64,000 nucleotides of DNA from Methanobacteriota archaeon (GCA_963719035.1 CAVRAO010000008.1:399898-463897), one strand, 5' to 3'. Counted from the first letter of the stretch, positions 10,066 through 20,720 are shown. The notes: generated by a model from the sequence alone, not told the origin. Numbers and translations are program-made.

Positions 10066-10249
10066 ATGGCCTTGCGTGGCACTTTGATCTTGTGGGCAAT
10101 TATCTTTCTCCTCATTGCAATTGTTGCGGGCCTGCTCGGACTGACTTGGCTATCTGGAATAGCACAGAGCGCAGCTCTACTTGTGGTAGGCAATATTCGT
10201 CATACTATTCGTGATATCCTTCGTCGCTGGGTGGCTGCGACGCCATTAG
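10066..10249 (+). CDS. DUF1328-like small membrane protein, frameshifted at about 10189
   Basis: WAIIFLLIAIVAGLLG N-terminus. Removing one G gives AIFVILFVISFVAGWLRRH-stop, a typical second helix. Confidence 0.7.
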
Positions 10250-10393
10250 CGTGCGCGTCGGTGAACCGTTCAGGTTGACCCATTTCCTCACGGTAGGATA
10301 CGGACAAACCCCGTATCTGAGTCTATATTCAGCAAACGGCATTGTTTTAGCAAAAGTGCTGAGCAATGCGTTGCGACAGAGTCCACAAAAGAG

Positions 10394-12043
10394 CTATCCG
10401 AAGACACGCTTGAATTCACGTATCTGTTCTCGCGTGCCTATGACGGTCAGTGTGGAATCTTCACTGATAACGTGCTGCGGTGCGGGGTTCGGTATGGTTG
10501 CTCCACCGGCAGTGACGGCGATGACGGTACACCCGGTGCGTGATCGTATCTTTAGGTCCTCGAGGCTTCTGCCGACTAGTGACGGACCGGGAGGATATTC
10601 AACAATCTTCATGTCCTCTGAGAGCAGGACCTCCCGTAGTCGCGTGCCACGGGGCCGGGGGTCAACAAATTTCAGCAAAACTTGGCCAGCTACAACGGAC
10701 TGGGACAACACAAAGTCTGCCCCCGCCTGGTACAACTTTTCAACTGCTTGTGGGCGCACTGCGCGACAAATAATATCAATCTGAGGGTTAAGTTTTCTCG
10801 CGACTAGAGTTGTATAGATTGCATCCAAGTCATTATTGATCGTGACGAGAAGGGTAGATGCTTCGGTAATCCCTGCTTGCTTAAGGATTGTCCTATCAGC
10901 AGAGCTCCCAACCACGTCACCTTGGTGCGTATCGATGATGATGTGTTCAATACCGTTTGACCGCAACACCTTGGATGCCCTTTTTCCAACGTCGCCGTAC
11001 CCTGCGACGATATAGTGCCCCCTGATCGCGCAGTACGTACCATCAAGCCGACACATTGAGAGTTCCTTTGCCGCGTCGAGTTGTTTTTTTGTGCCGATAA
11101 GCAAGAGTACGGAGGTGTCCGTGATGATTTCAGAGGCCGGTGGATTGAAGGTGAGCTTTGAGCGCTTCCACATGCCTATGATCGTTGCACCTGTTCGCTC
11201 ACGTATCTTGGCTTCTTCGATTGATAACCCGTTGATGCCGCTTTCTCCAAGAATCGGCAGCTCAAAAATCCGCAAAGAGCCAATCAAGGGAGTGGTGCCA
11301 ACAAGCCGGTGCGTTATAGGCATGGCGGCCTTGGTGCCAATGTCAATGCCAAGCAGTTGTTTAGGCGATACGACTTTGTCCGCACCAGCATAGAGCAGGT
11401 ATGCGGCGTTTGACATGTCGTCAACGAGACTAATGATGTCCGCTTGCGTAAGCTTCTTTGCAGCAAGCGCGACAATGGCATTCTTCTCATCGCTCTGATT
11501 TAGAACGACCTTATTTGCGCGCTCTATCTGAGCGTTCCGTAGAGTCACTTCGTCGCCGGGATCCCCAAACATACACGGTATCTTTCGTTCGACCAGAGCT
11601 TCAATCACTTCCCTGTCGTCGTGAACAACGAGGTACGGCAAACCCCGCTCTTCAAAATCCTCGATAATCGCGTCTACCAGAGAGTTGTAGCCCACGATCA
11701 AAACGTGATTGTTAGCCTTTGACTTCGTAGGCACCGATCGCCGAACGCTCTCCAGCACGGGCTCGAGGACGACAGGGATTAAGATTACGAAAAAGATGAT
11801 AATGCCAGTCAGCATTACAAGCACGGCAAATATTCTGCCCACGCTGCTTGCAAAGACGATGTCTCCTAGACCTTGCGTGGTCATCGTTGCGATGACCCAG
11901 TAGACGGCGTCGATTATCGAATAAGACCTGCCTTCAGCACTGGCCATCAAGAGGAGGAAGACATAGCTATAAACGATGATGAACAGCACGGTGGCTACAA
12001 GGAAGATTAGTAGAGATTTGCGAAGAGGCCTCATCGCGAACAC
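10394..12043 (-). CDS. 2-TM K+ channel-like protein with tandem RCK (TrkA-N/TrkA-C) domains
   Basis: DAVYW..ATMTT.G.GDI pore helix and two Rossmann motifs (IVGYN, VAGYGDVG). Filter reads TTQGLGD. Confidence 0.88.
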   Translation of the reverse strand: MFAMRPLRKSLLIFLVATVLFIIVYSYVFLLLMASAEGRSYSIIDAVYWVIATMTTQGLGDIVFASSVGRIFAVLVMLTGIIIFFVILIPVVLEPVLESVRRSVPTKSKANNHVLIVGYNSLVDAIIEDFEERGLPYLVVHDDREVIEALVERKIPCMFGDPGDEVTLRNAQIERANKVVLNQSDEKNAIVALAAKKLTQADIISLVDDMSNAAYLLYAGADKVVSPKQLLGIDIGTKAAMPITHRLVGTTPLIGSLRIFELPILGESGINGLSIEEAKIRERTGATIIGMWKRSKLTFNPPASEIITDTSVLLLIGTKKQLDAAKELSMCRLDGTYCAIRGHYIVAGYGDVGKRASKVLRSNGIEHIIIDTHQGDVVGSSADRTILKQAGITEASTLLVTINNDLDAIYTTLVARKLNPQIDIICRAVRPQAVEKLYQAGADFVLSQSVVAGQVLLKFVDPRPRGTRLREVLLSEDMKIVEYPPGPSLVGRSLEDLKIRSRTGCTVIAVTAGGATIPNPAPQHVISEDSTLTVIGTREQIREFKRVFG

Positions 12044-12194
12044 CTCGGAGTTTTCGAAACCAACTTTTGCACTTACATGTCAATGCGGGATATAAATAGT
12101 AACGTCTTTTGACGTCTTTAAAATCGAATTCGATCTTGCTATGGGTTGCCTAGTGAGAAAGGTTTATCATAGGCTCGCATAATCTCTAGATGCC

Positions 12195-13448
12195 ATGGAC
12201 GTCGAGGACGTAACGCGATCGGTGAGGGCTCATCACAAGTGGTTCAGCGAATCCCTCCCGATGATCGCGAGTGAGAATGTCACTAGTCCTGCCGTGCGTC
12301 AGCTTTTAGCATCCGATTTCGGCCATCGATACGCCGAGGGTAAGGTTGGCCACCGGTACTACCAAGGGGTTAAGTACATCGACGAGGTCGAACAATGCGC
12401 CATCGACTTAGCCCTCAAACTGTTCAGAGCTGAGCACGTTAACGTACAACCCATCTCGGGCGTAAACGCGAATATTGCTGCTTTTTTTGCCCTTTCAAGC
12501 CAAAATGATGTGCTAATGGCACTTGACACCTCTCACGGTGGTCACATAAGCCACGGGACGAAGTCCGGTCCGGGTATTCGTCACCTGAGGATCGTCAAAC
12601 ATCCCTTCGACTACGAAGAGATGAATATCGACACAGATGCGATGGTGTCGACGATTTATGAAAAGAAGCCCAAAATCATACTCTTTGGGGCGAGCTTGTT
12701 TCTCTTCCCACACCCGGTCAAAGAAGCGTGCGATGCCGCACGTGACGTCGGCGCCACAATCGTGTACGATTCCGCACACGTGCTCGGCCTCATCGCGGGC
12801 GAGCAGTTCCAGGACCCACTCAACGAAGGAGTTGATGTGATGACCGGTTCGACGCATAAGACGTTTCCTGGACCCCAACACGGAATAATCTTTACTACGC
12901 GCGCACTCGCCGACGCGATCGATGACGCTGTGTTTCCGGGAACCGTCAGCAACCACCACTTGCATCACGTCGCGGGTCTCGCGGTCACGCTCGTGGAAAT
13001 GCTTGAATTCGGGAAGGCCTATGCACAGCAGACAATCAGGAATGCAAAGACGCTCGGTGAGGCGCTCCACAACCATGAGTTCAACGTGCTGTGTCCTGAA
13101 AAAGAATTCACGGAGTCTCATCAGATCGTATTGGACGTAGGGCGCGCAAGTGTTTTAGCGGCTGCTCTCGAAAAGGCGAACATAATAGCCAACAAGAATC
13201 TGTTACCGTGGGATAATCATAATGATCCAGAAAATCCTTCAGGGATTCGATTTGGAACGCAAGAGCTGACAAGATTAGGAATGAAAGAGTCTGAGATGAA
13301 AGTAGTGGCAGGACTTGTCGCTCGCGTACTTAACGGCGAAGCACCCGAAAAGGTTAAAAAAGATGTGGTAGAGTTTAAAAATAACTATCAGGAGGTCGAA
13401 TACTGCTTCAGCCATGAGCTTGGAGCTTACCAATTCCCCCCTTGGTAG
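12195..13448 (+). CDS. glyA: serine hydroxymethyltransferase
   Basis: IASEN, RYAEG, GGHISH, DSAH, STHKTFPGPQ (PLP Lys), NKN, SGIRFGT. Confidence 0.97.
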   Translation: MDVEDVTRSVRAHHKWFSESLPMIASENVTSPAVRQLLASDFGHRYAEGKVGHRYYQGVKYIDEVEQCAIDLALKLFRAEHVNVQPISGVNANIAAFFALSSQNDVLMALDTSHGGHISHGTKSGPGIRHLRIVKHPFDYEEMNIDTDAMVSTIYEKKPKIILFGASLFLFPHPVKEACDAARDVGATIVYDSAHVLGLIAGEQFQDPLNEGVDVMTGSTHKTFPGPQHGIIFTTRALADAIDDAVFPGTVSNHHLHHVAGLAVTLVEMLEFGKAYAQQTIRNAKTLGEALHNHEFNVLCPEKEFTESHQIVLDVGRASVLAAALEKANIIANKNLLPWDNHNDPENPSGIRFGTQELTRLGMKESEMKVVAGLVARVLNGEAPEKVKKDVVEFKNNYQEVEYCFSHELGAYQFPPW

Positions 13449-14160
13449 ATTATTTTGCAATGGAAGTGCAATACTGATCGTTTTCGATATGGATGGCACA
13501 CTCATCGATGGCGAGACAATCGATGAGTTGGCAAAAGCTGCCAATGTCGGAGACCTTGTGGCGGGACTCACAAAGCGCGCCATGAGGGGCGAGATGGATT
13601 ATGAAGAGGCCTTAAGAGAACGCGTAAAGCTCTTAAAAGGTCTTAAAGTAGCGGAGGTCAATAAAGTAGCCTCAGAGCTCCCTCTTATGAAAGGGGCTCA
13701 AGAGCTCATCCGGGAGCTTAAGAAAGAGTATAAGATCGCAATGGTTTCTGGAGGGTTTACCATCGTTGCCCGCACGGTAGCTCAAGAACTCGGAATTGAC
13801 TGTCTGATTGCCAATGAACTCGTTATAAGGGACGGGGTTTTGACAGGAGACGTTGTTGGACCGTTAGTGCACCAAAACTCCAAAAAGGAGGCACTAGAGG
13901 CCATTGCCAGGAGGGAGGGGATACGCCCCGAGGACTGTATTGTGATTGGAGACGGGGCAAACGACATCTCAATGTTTGAAGCTGCCGGGTTTTCCATAGC
14001 ATTTAACGCAAGTCCAATTCTGTATGATATTGCGGACATCGTCATTATGCAGAAGGACCTCACCATGATACTGCCGATATTCAAGAGAGGAGTGCATGCT
14101 GAAAGAATTGCAGGAAAAAAAAGCCTTGTTAAAAAAGGAAGCCGACGTCTCAAAGCTTGA
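13414..14160 (+). CDS. serB: phosphoserine phosphatase SerB (true start uncertain, possibly ATA at 13471)
   Basis: FDMDGTL, ETIDELA, SGGF and GDGAND HAD motifs. Confidence 0.92.
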   Translation: MSLELTNSPLGRLFCNGSAILIVFDMDGTLIDGETIDELAKAANVGDLVAGLTKRAMRGEMDYEEALRERVKLLKGLKVAEVNKVASELPLMKGAQELIRELKKEYKIAMVSGGFTIVARTVAQELGIDCLIANELVIRDGVLTGDVVGPLVHQNSKKEALEAIARREGIRPEDCIVIGDGANDISMFEAAGFSIAFNASPILYDIADIVIMQKDLTMILPIFKRGVHAERIAGKKSLVKKGSRRLKA

Positions 14161-14956
14161 GCGTAACCGGCTTAACGCAGAAGCAAGTCAGTTCGCTACG
14201 AGACGTGACGAGTTGAACACGAAGACCCGAGCTTTGATAGACAGCGCACAGCAGTCCAAAGACAAGCGAGATGAGTTCAACAAACTTGTTTCAGAGAACA
14301 AGGAAAAGCGGGACAGCATTAATGAGCAAGCGAACAACCTTCTCGCCAAAGCAGACCAGATTAAGAGAAAGTTTAGAGTCTCAGGCGGACTTTCGCTTAG
14401 CGAGCTCAAGCGGGAAATTGACCACCTTGAATTTAGGCAGCAGACGGAAGTTGTGAGTACAGAAAAAGAGCGTGAGCTTGTAGATCACATCGCCCACCTC
14501 TGGGAGGAGTACAGAAAGAAGCGGGTAGAGCTTGAAAACAACACTGAACTCAAAGAGGCGTTGGAAAAGGCGCACCAGCTCCGGGAAGAGGCAAGCGAAT
14601 TTCACAAGCAGCTTACGGATAACGCAGATCGTGCGCAGGAATGCCACGAAAAGATGCTCAAATGCTTCAAGGAAGCAGACACGGTTCGCGCCGAAGCTGA
14701 TGTCGCGCATAAAGAGTTTGTGCGCGCACAAGAGAGTGCGGATGAGCAGCATCAAAAGTACATAAAAATGGAAAAGGAATTAAGAGACTACGACAAGATT
14801 ATATCGAGTCTCAAAAAGCGAACCAAAGAAGCCCGTGAAACTCGCGAGAGGGGCGACGTGCTTAAACGAGCTGAGGAGGTTTACGCTATGTTTAAAGACG
14901 GGCAAAAACTCGAGACAGATGATCTCCTCCTTCTACAGCGCTCCGGCCTCCTATAA
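14096..14956 (+). CDS. archaeal coiled-coil protein (COG1340)
   Basis: Long E/K/R heptads, LEF.QQT and a C-terminal G.KL.T.DLLLLQ; follows serB as in many euryarchaea. Confidence 0.85.
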   Translation: MLKELQEKKALLKKEADVSKLERNRLNAEASQFATRRDELNTKTRALIDSAQQSKDKRDEFNKLVSENKEKRDSINEQANNLLAKADQIKRKFRVSGGLSLSELKREIDHLEFRQQTEVVSTEKERELVDHIAHLWEEYRKKRVELENNTELKEALEKAHQLREEASEFHKQLTDNADRAQECHEKMLKCFKEADTVRAEADVAHKEFVRAQESADEQHQKYIKMEKELRDYDKIISSLKKRTKEARETRERGDVLKRAEEVYAMFKDGQKLETDDLLLLQRSGLL

Positions 14957-14980
14957 GCTTCAGGCTCATTGCAAGGAAGA

Positions 14981-16147
14981 ATGAAACTGGTCTTGTGCAT
15001 CGATCGCGACAACGATCTGGGATCAAAAGCCCACCTTCAGTGTCCGATCATCGGGCGGGAAGGCAACGTCAACGCAGCGTTACAGCTCGGACTGATCGAT
15101 CCTGAAGACTCTGACGTAAACGCTATTTTTGAAGGCATTCGTGTTTATGATGATTTAAAGTCAGAAGGAATCGAAGCCGAGATCGCGTCTATAGCAGGCA
15201 ACGAAGATGTTGGCTTAAAATCAGACCAGATCCTCGCAAAGCAGCTTGACCATGTCCTTAGCAGGGTTAACGCAACGAGTGTAATCATCGTTACCGACGG
15301 CGCAGAAGATGAATTTATACTGCCCATCGTTCAGTCCCGCATTCAAATTGATGGCATAAAACGCGTCGTTATACGTCAGTCTGAAAGCCTTGAAAGTACC
15401 TATTACACGATTAAGAAGCTCTTCGAGGATCCAAAGATTGCGAACTATTTTTTCATCCCTGTCGGACTTACGCTCATTTTATTTGCGATATTCTCTTTTG
15501 CGCAGCACCCTGAAGGTGCCCTCATTGTGATAAGCGCATTCATTGGCATATACCTTCTTTTTCGAGGGTTTGGGCTTGATGATGCTCTTGAAGGCATTGC
15601 CCAAAGTGTGAAGTCTTCGTTTTATGGAGGCAATATCTCGTTTGTTACGTATATGGTGGCCCTTGCACTGGGAATTATCGGAACAGCACAAGGCATTATC
15701 ACGACCTTGAGTTTGGACTTCAGCGTTTATGGCGGCGTGCTCACTGTCGCTGTCTTTATCAATACTGCCGTGTGGTGGTTCGTTGCAGCAGGGGTGATCC
15801 TGACTATCGGCCGAATCATCGACGCTTATCTAAACGACACAAAACACGCATGGCGATACGTGGAAATTCCTTTTTTCATATTTTCGACCGGTCTAATGCT
15901 ATGGAGCGCAAGTATCCTCATATTAGCACTTGGAGGGAAGCCAATTCCCGTGCTCAACCCAGCGGACGTTTTATTAATTCAGACTTCAAGGAGTATCGAA
16001 ATCATCACAGGCTTCCAACTGCTTTTGTTTTCAGTTGCCGGCGCTATCATTATCGCCTTGACTGGCATCGCCATAGCTTCGCTGATAAAAAGAGGGCAAG
16101 AGCCGCCTATCGCGCAACAAGGCTCACCCAGTTCAAGTGATAAGTAA
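14981..16147 (+). CDS. DUF373 family membrane protein
   Basis: LVLCIDRDNDLG, DPEDSD.NA, TDGAEDE, ESTYY, followed by multiple TM helices. Confidence 0.88.
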   Translation: MKLVLCIDRDNDLGSKAHLQCPIIGREGNVNAALQLGLIDPEDSDVNAIFEGIRVYDDLKSEGIEAEIASIAGNEDVGLKSDQILAKQLDHVLSRVNATSVIIVTDGAEDEFILPIVQSRIQIDGIKRVVIRQSESLESTYYTIKKLFEDPKIANYFFIPVGLTLILFAIFSFAQHPEGALIVISAFIGIYLLFRGFGLDDALEGIAQSVKSSFYGGNISFVTYMVALALGIIGTAQGIITTLSLDFSVYGGVLTVAVFINTAVWWFVAAGVILTIGRIIDAYLNDTKHAWRYVEIPFFIFSTGLMLWSASILILALGGKPIPVLNPADVLLIQTSRSIEIITGFQLLLFSVAGAIIIALTGIAIASLIKRGQEPPIAQQGSPSSSDK

Positions 16148-16182
16148 TCGTCAACATACAATCCCGACGCTATATCCGACGA

Positions 16183-17157
16183 TTAATCGCAGCCTCGCAT
16201 CAGACTCAGAACATCACTTAATATTGCGCTTGCTGTCTCAATCGAGCCCGCTCCTTTACCGGCGACGGTGATCTCGCCTGCCGTATCAGTTAGAATAGAC
16301 GCGGCGTTGAGCGTGCCGCTCACATTGAGTGGATGTCCCAACGGTATCAACTTTGGAGAAACCGTGAGCTCCTGAACGTCGCCAATGAGTTTTACTACAA
16401 ATCCTCGCTGTCGCGCAAGTTGCAGTGCGTCTTGCGTGATCCGATCTATGCCTGTTACACTAACGTCTGCAAATGTGACGTGACGATTAAAAAACGCATT
16501 TGCAAGTATGACAACCTTGCAGGCGGTGTCAATGCCAGCCACGTCATACGTCGGATCTGCTTCAGCGATGCCCATATCTTGCGCTTCGCTCAAGACTTGA
16601 TCGTATTCAAGGGCCTCCTCAGCCATTCGAGTGAGGATGTAATTACACGTGCCATTGAGCACTCCTCGTATTCCGAGTACTTGCGTGCCTGCAAGGGTGT
16701 CGCGTATAAGGTTGATTATAGGCATCGCCCCGCCGACAGTCGCCTCGTACCGCAACGCTACCCCTTGTGTACGAGCCAGTTGCGTTAACTCCCCAAATGC
16801 AGCGACTAGAGGGCCTTTGTTTGAGGTAACTACATTTCGCTTGTTTTTAAGCGCTTCACGAAAGTGCGTCAAACCTGGCTCCCCATTTTCAATATTCGTC
16901 GGTGTTACCTCTACGACAACGTCGGTGTCTATAGTTCGTATGACGTCGAGCGCGGTTAGATTAGAATTTGCGATGGACTTACCCGCTCGTTTGCGCGCAA
17001 GCACGTCCTCTAAGTCAGGCGTGAGCGCAACCCCTTTTGAATCGGCAATGGCTACAACTTCCAATTGAGGCACGTTTTGCACAACTCGTGCAACTCCTTG
17101 CCCTACGGCCCCAAATCCAACGATAGCTACTTTAAAGGGAGACGAGCTATTCTGCAT
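16183..17157 (-). CDS. hom: homoserine dehydrogenase
   Basis: GFGAVG, VVTSNKGP, YEATVGGAMP, LNGTCNYIL, GAGSIETASA. Confidence 0.95.
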   Translation of the reverse strand: MQNSSSPFKVAIVGFGAVGQGVARVVQNVPQLEVVAIADSKGVALTPDLEDVLARKRAGKSIANSNLTALDVIRTIDTDVVVEVTPTNIENGEPGLTHFREALKNKRNVVTSNKGPLVAAFGELTQLARTQGVALRYEATVGGAMPIINLIRDTLAGTQVLGIRGVLNGTCNYILTRMAEEALEYDQVLSEAQDMGIAEADPTYDVAGIDTACKVVILANAFFNRHVTFADVSVTGIDRITQDALQLARQRGFVVKLIGDVQELTVSPKLIPLGHPLNVSGTLNAASILTDTAGEITVAGKGAGSIETASAILSDVLSLMRGCD

Positions 17158-17677
17158 TGTTCTGACCTCCAGCAAATCCGCTCCCATCGATTGGCACGAT
17201 AACTAGCAAATCCTTGCGATCAGCGATATCTTTGAGAAGTGCGATTGCCTTTTTTAGTTCCTCATCTCCAGTAGCCATTACTGTAACAATCGCTGACGAA
17301 GGACCGTCGATAGCGGGCATTGAAAGACTGAGGTCTTGAACTTCAGCAAACCCCGTGCCATCAATTTTATCAATCGTTTGCCTCAAGTCAGTATGAATGA
17401 TGTGTCCAATGAGCAAGATGTGTGCCCTCGCGCGTAGCCTCATCTTGCCTATCCGCACGATCGTCACGCCGTTCTTTTCAAGTCCTTCCTGAAGCTCTTC
17501 GATCTTGCGTTCTTCGATATCAAAAATCACGTACACCGGCACCGTATTGCGAAACGTTTTCTTATCGTGATGGTGAACGATGCTTAGAACGTTGCCGCCG
17601 AGGTCGGACACGGGAGTTAACACGTGTATGAGCTGACCAGGTCTGTCTTGCAGCTCCAAATCCATCGAAATTCTCAT
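17147..17677 (-). CDS. ACT-domain protein, putative Hom regulatory subunit (COG2061)
   Basis: LQDRPGQL, LIGHIIHTD; overlaps hom. Confidence 0.88.
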   Translation of the reverse strand: MRISMDLELQDRPGQLIHVLTPVSDLGGNVLSIVHHHDKKTFRNTVPVYVIFDIEERKIEELQEGLEKNGVTIVRIGKMRLRARAHILLIGHIIHTDLRQTIDKIDGTGFAEVQDLSLSMPAIDGPSSAIVTVMATGDEELKKAIALLKDIADRKDLLVIVPIDGSGFAGGQNNAE

Positions 17678-17732
17678 ATTCTCACTCCAAACTTGAGTAT
17701 ATTAATATGCATTGATCTAATAACCCTTTTCC

Positions 17733-18284
17733 ATGGTAGCGTTAGAGTACGACATGTTGTCGGGCGTCATGCACAGGCGCCGTTCTGTACGACGGTATTC
17801 GCGAGAGACGATAAGCGAAGCGCTGCTCGATAAGCTTCTCAAAGCCGCACAGCTCGCGCCTTCCGCTGGTAACCTGCAAGCGCGTGACTTTGTTGTCGTA
17901 CGAGACCCCAATATGAAGCACGAACTCGCTGAAGCGGCTTACGGGCAGTTCTTTATCGCAATGGCCCCGCTAGTGCTCGTCGGTTGCGCGAACATAGCGC
18001 GGTCGCACATTGCGTACGGACAACGTGCTGAGCTTTACGCAGTCCAAGACGCCACCATCGCTGCCAGCTATATACAACTCACAGCAGAAGCACTGGGCGT
18101 TGCGACGTGCTGGATAGGTGCGTTCGACGAAAAACGGGTTTCAAGCGCGTTAAAAATACCGCTCGATATTCGACCTGTTCTCATGCTTCCTATTGGATAT
18201 GCTGAAGAGGCGCCAGAGCCTACCGCACGAATGGGGCTCAGTCAGTTCACTCATCAAGAGCTCTGGAGCTCATACGGCACATAA
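17733..18284 (+). CDS. nitroreductase family protein
   Basis: RRSVRRY, APSAGNLQ, CWIGAFDE, IGY. Confidence 0.9.
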   Translation: MVALEYDMLSGVMHRRRSVRRYSRETISEALLDKLLKAAQLAPSAGNLQARDFVVVRDPNMKHELAEAAYGQFFIAMAPLVLVGCANIARSHIAYGQRAELYAVQDATIAASYIQLTAEALGVATCWIGAFDEKRVSSALKIPLDIRPVLMLPIGYAEEAPEPTARMGLSQFTHQELWSSYGT

Positions 18285-18383
18285 TTGTCGCTCATCGCTT
18301 CTTTCTAACATAGCGTTTTGAGTGACGCCCTGAGATGACCGAGCATTTATTAGCCAAGCCGTATTATTCGTCAATAGTCTTAT

Positions 18384-19976
18384 ATGGAGCAGCAAAACGC
18401 TGACGCTTGTGCCGAAATCATTCACGGCATCCTCAACGGCCAGATAACGCGCCAAAATTTGCAGCAGTCGAAAATAGAGGTAGCACGGCGCTATCGTTCT
18501 GCCTCGTTGCTGACGAACACGCAAATCTATGGGGCAGCGACGGCCCAAATCAGATACAAACTGACTGACGTGCTGCAACGGAAGCCAACGAGAACCGCGT
18601 CAGGCGTCGCAGTCATCGCAGTAATGACTTCTCCTTATCCATGTCCTCACGGCAAATGCGTACCGTGTCCTGGGGGACCTGAATTTTGCGTGCCTCAAAG
18701 TTATACCGGTCTCGAGCCCGCAGCAAAACGAGCAATTCAACACGGATTTGATCCTTACAGGCAAGTTAAAGCTCGTCTAAGCCAGTTGCGCCAGATTGGA
18801 CACCCCACTGACAAGGCGGAACTGATTGTCATGGGCGGCACGTTTACCGCGCGTCCGCACGATTATCAAGAGTGGTTCGTCGGGCGGTGCATACAAGCAA
18901 TGAACGATTTCCCTCAAGCGGACGCCGCTAGCTCTCCTCGCTTAAACGATGTCTTTTCGAGTAACGCATGCGCATCAACGAGAAACGTAGGAGTGACCTT
19001 CGAAACACGGCCTGATTATGCAAAACAACGTCACGTCGATGAAATGTTGTCCCTGGGGGGGACCAAGGTTGAGCTCGGCCTTCAGAGTACCTCAGATCAA
19101 ATCCTCGCCTCTATCCAACGAGGGCATACGGTTGCTGATGCTGTAGAAGCAAATCGGGCGTGCCGCAATAGCGGCTTAAAGGTTGGATTCCACGTCATGC
19201 CGGGGCTGCCAGGCTCAGACTGCAAATCTGATCTTACAATGTTTCGAGAATTGTTCACGGACGAACGGTTTTGTCCCGATTACCTTAAGATATACCCGAC
19301 GCTTGTGACAGAGGGAACTGTCTTGCACGAGCTGTGGAAGCGCGGCGATTACGACTCTTTTGATCTGACCGATGCTGTTGAGTTAATTGCTCGAGTGAAA
19401 GCGCTGCTCCCTAAATGGGTGAGACTACAGCGCGTGCAGAGAGATATCCCGGCTTATCGAATTGTCAGCGGCGTCAAAAAAAGCAACTTACGGCAGCTGG
19501 CCAAGCAGCGCTTGCTCGAACTCGGTGGCGACTGCAGCTGTATACGTTGCCGAGAGATTGGACTTCGCGGCGTTACTCAAGTGGAGAGCGTCGAAAGACG
19601 CGTTGAGAAATATCGGGCCTGCAAGGGCATTGAGTACTTTATTTCAAGCGTCGGTCTACTTGGCGATATGGAGTGCCTTATCGGTTTCGCACGGTTACGT
19701 CTTCCGTACCAGTCTGAGAGGCCCGAAATAACGGCTGAAACGGGGCTAATCAGAGAGCTACATGTATACGGGAATTTAGCAATGCTAGGCGAGCGGCATG
19801 AAAAAAAGTGGCAACATCGCGGATTTGGAGCTCAACTGCTGCAAACTGCTGAAAGTATTGCAGCAGACGCCGGTATGCAAAGGCTTGCGATAAATAGCGC
19901 AATCGGAGTTCGTGATTACTATAGAATCAAGGGTTATGTTCTTGATGGCCCGTATATAACGAAAACACTCTCATAG
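18384..19976 (+). CDS. elp3: Elp3 tRNA U34 carboxymethylase (radical SAM + GNAT)
   Basis: CPHGKCVPCPGG, ETRPD, KIYPT, RVQRDIP, RELHVYG, QHRGFG. Confidence 0.95.
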   Translation: MEQQNADACAEIIHGILNGQITRQNLQQSKIEVARRYRSASLLTNTQIYGAATAQIRYKLTDVLQRKPTRTASGVAVIAVMTSPYPCPHGKCVPCPGGPEFCVPQSYTGLEPAAKRAIQHGFDPYRQVKARLSQLRQIGHPTDKAELIVMGGTFTARPHDYQEWFVGRCIQAMNDFPQADAASSPRLNDVFSSNACASTRNVGVTFETRPDYAKQRHVDEMLSLGGTKVELGLQSTSDQILASIQRGHTVADAVEANRACRNSGLKVGFHVMPGLPGSDCKSDLTMFRELFTDERFCPDYLKIYPTLVTEGTVLHELWKRGDYDSFDLTDAVELIARVKALLPKWVRLQRVQRDIPAYRIVSGVKKSNLRQLAKQRLLELGGDCSCIRCREIGLRGVTQVESVERRVEKYRACKGIEYFISSVGLLGDMECLIGFARLRLPYQSERPEITAETGLIRELHVYGNLAMLGERHEKKWQHRGFGAQLLQTAESIAADAGMQRLAINSAIGVRDYYRIKGYVLDGPYITKTLS

Positions 19977-20263
19977 CCGTCACAAACGTTAGCTAGAGAC
20001 GATATTCAAACCCACGCGGTGAAGTAGATCCAATCGGATTACGTTTCCAATATCCCTTTAAGGGATTGAGGCGCGGCCTCGAATGGTCTTCTGTCTCTGC
20101 AAATTAAAACTATCGAAAACGCGAAAAGCTATTTAGCCTCGCCTTAACACGATTTTTGCCGACTTAGCGCCACTCACCGAAAAATGTAGGTGTTACCGGG
20201 CAAGGTTTAAGATTTCTCAGGCTGTCTAGTGCATAAGCGCTGAGTGACTGTGGAGAGAGTAAC

Positions 20264-20599
20264 ATGGCGATCAAATTCACTGACGGCGAAGGAATGGATA
20301 CAGTGACAACTGAGAATGGATTTGTATTTGACCGTTATTTTTCTATAGTAAATGAAGATGCGTTCAACGCGTACTCGAGCTTCATCTATCTGGTCGTCAA
20401 ACGACTTAATGGACCGCAATCCATTCTTATAAGAAGAAACGCGTATCTCGTTCCATTCGCTCTCCTCGACGAGTTTTTAAAATCGGCAAATCTGGAAGGA
20501 GAGAAGATCGTGCACATCGAACCGCTTGCTATGGAAATGGTGAGTTTCATAAGAGAAGAATTAAGAAAGGATCACGTGTCAACACAGGACCAACCTTAA
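20264..20599 (+). CDS. hypothetical protein
   Basis: 111-aa ORF with GGAGAG SD-like sequence and upstream TTTAAG; no motif recognised. Confidence 0.65.
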   Translation: MAIKFTDGEGMDTVTTENGFVFDRYFSIVNEDAFNAYSSFIYLVVKRLNGPQSILIRRNAYLVPFALLDEFLKSANLEGEKIVHIEPLAMEMVSFIREELRKDHVSTQDQP

Positions 20600-20720
20600 G
20601 TAAAAGCCGCGCACTTCGTTGCACAGTGCCTGTGTAGCAGTTCTTACATGCGCTGGTGCAAGAACTTATTTATGTTGAAGTTAGAGATCATAGTGATCTT
20701 TAGCAACAGGAGGGCCTAGA

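Noticed and set aside
20043-20070. GTTTCCAATATCCCTTTAAGGGATTGAG looks like a CRISPR repeat hairpin
   Set aside because: Single copy with no spacers or cas genes; more likely a simple hairpin downstream of elp3.
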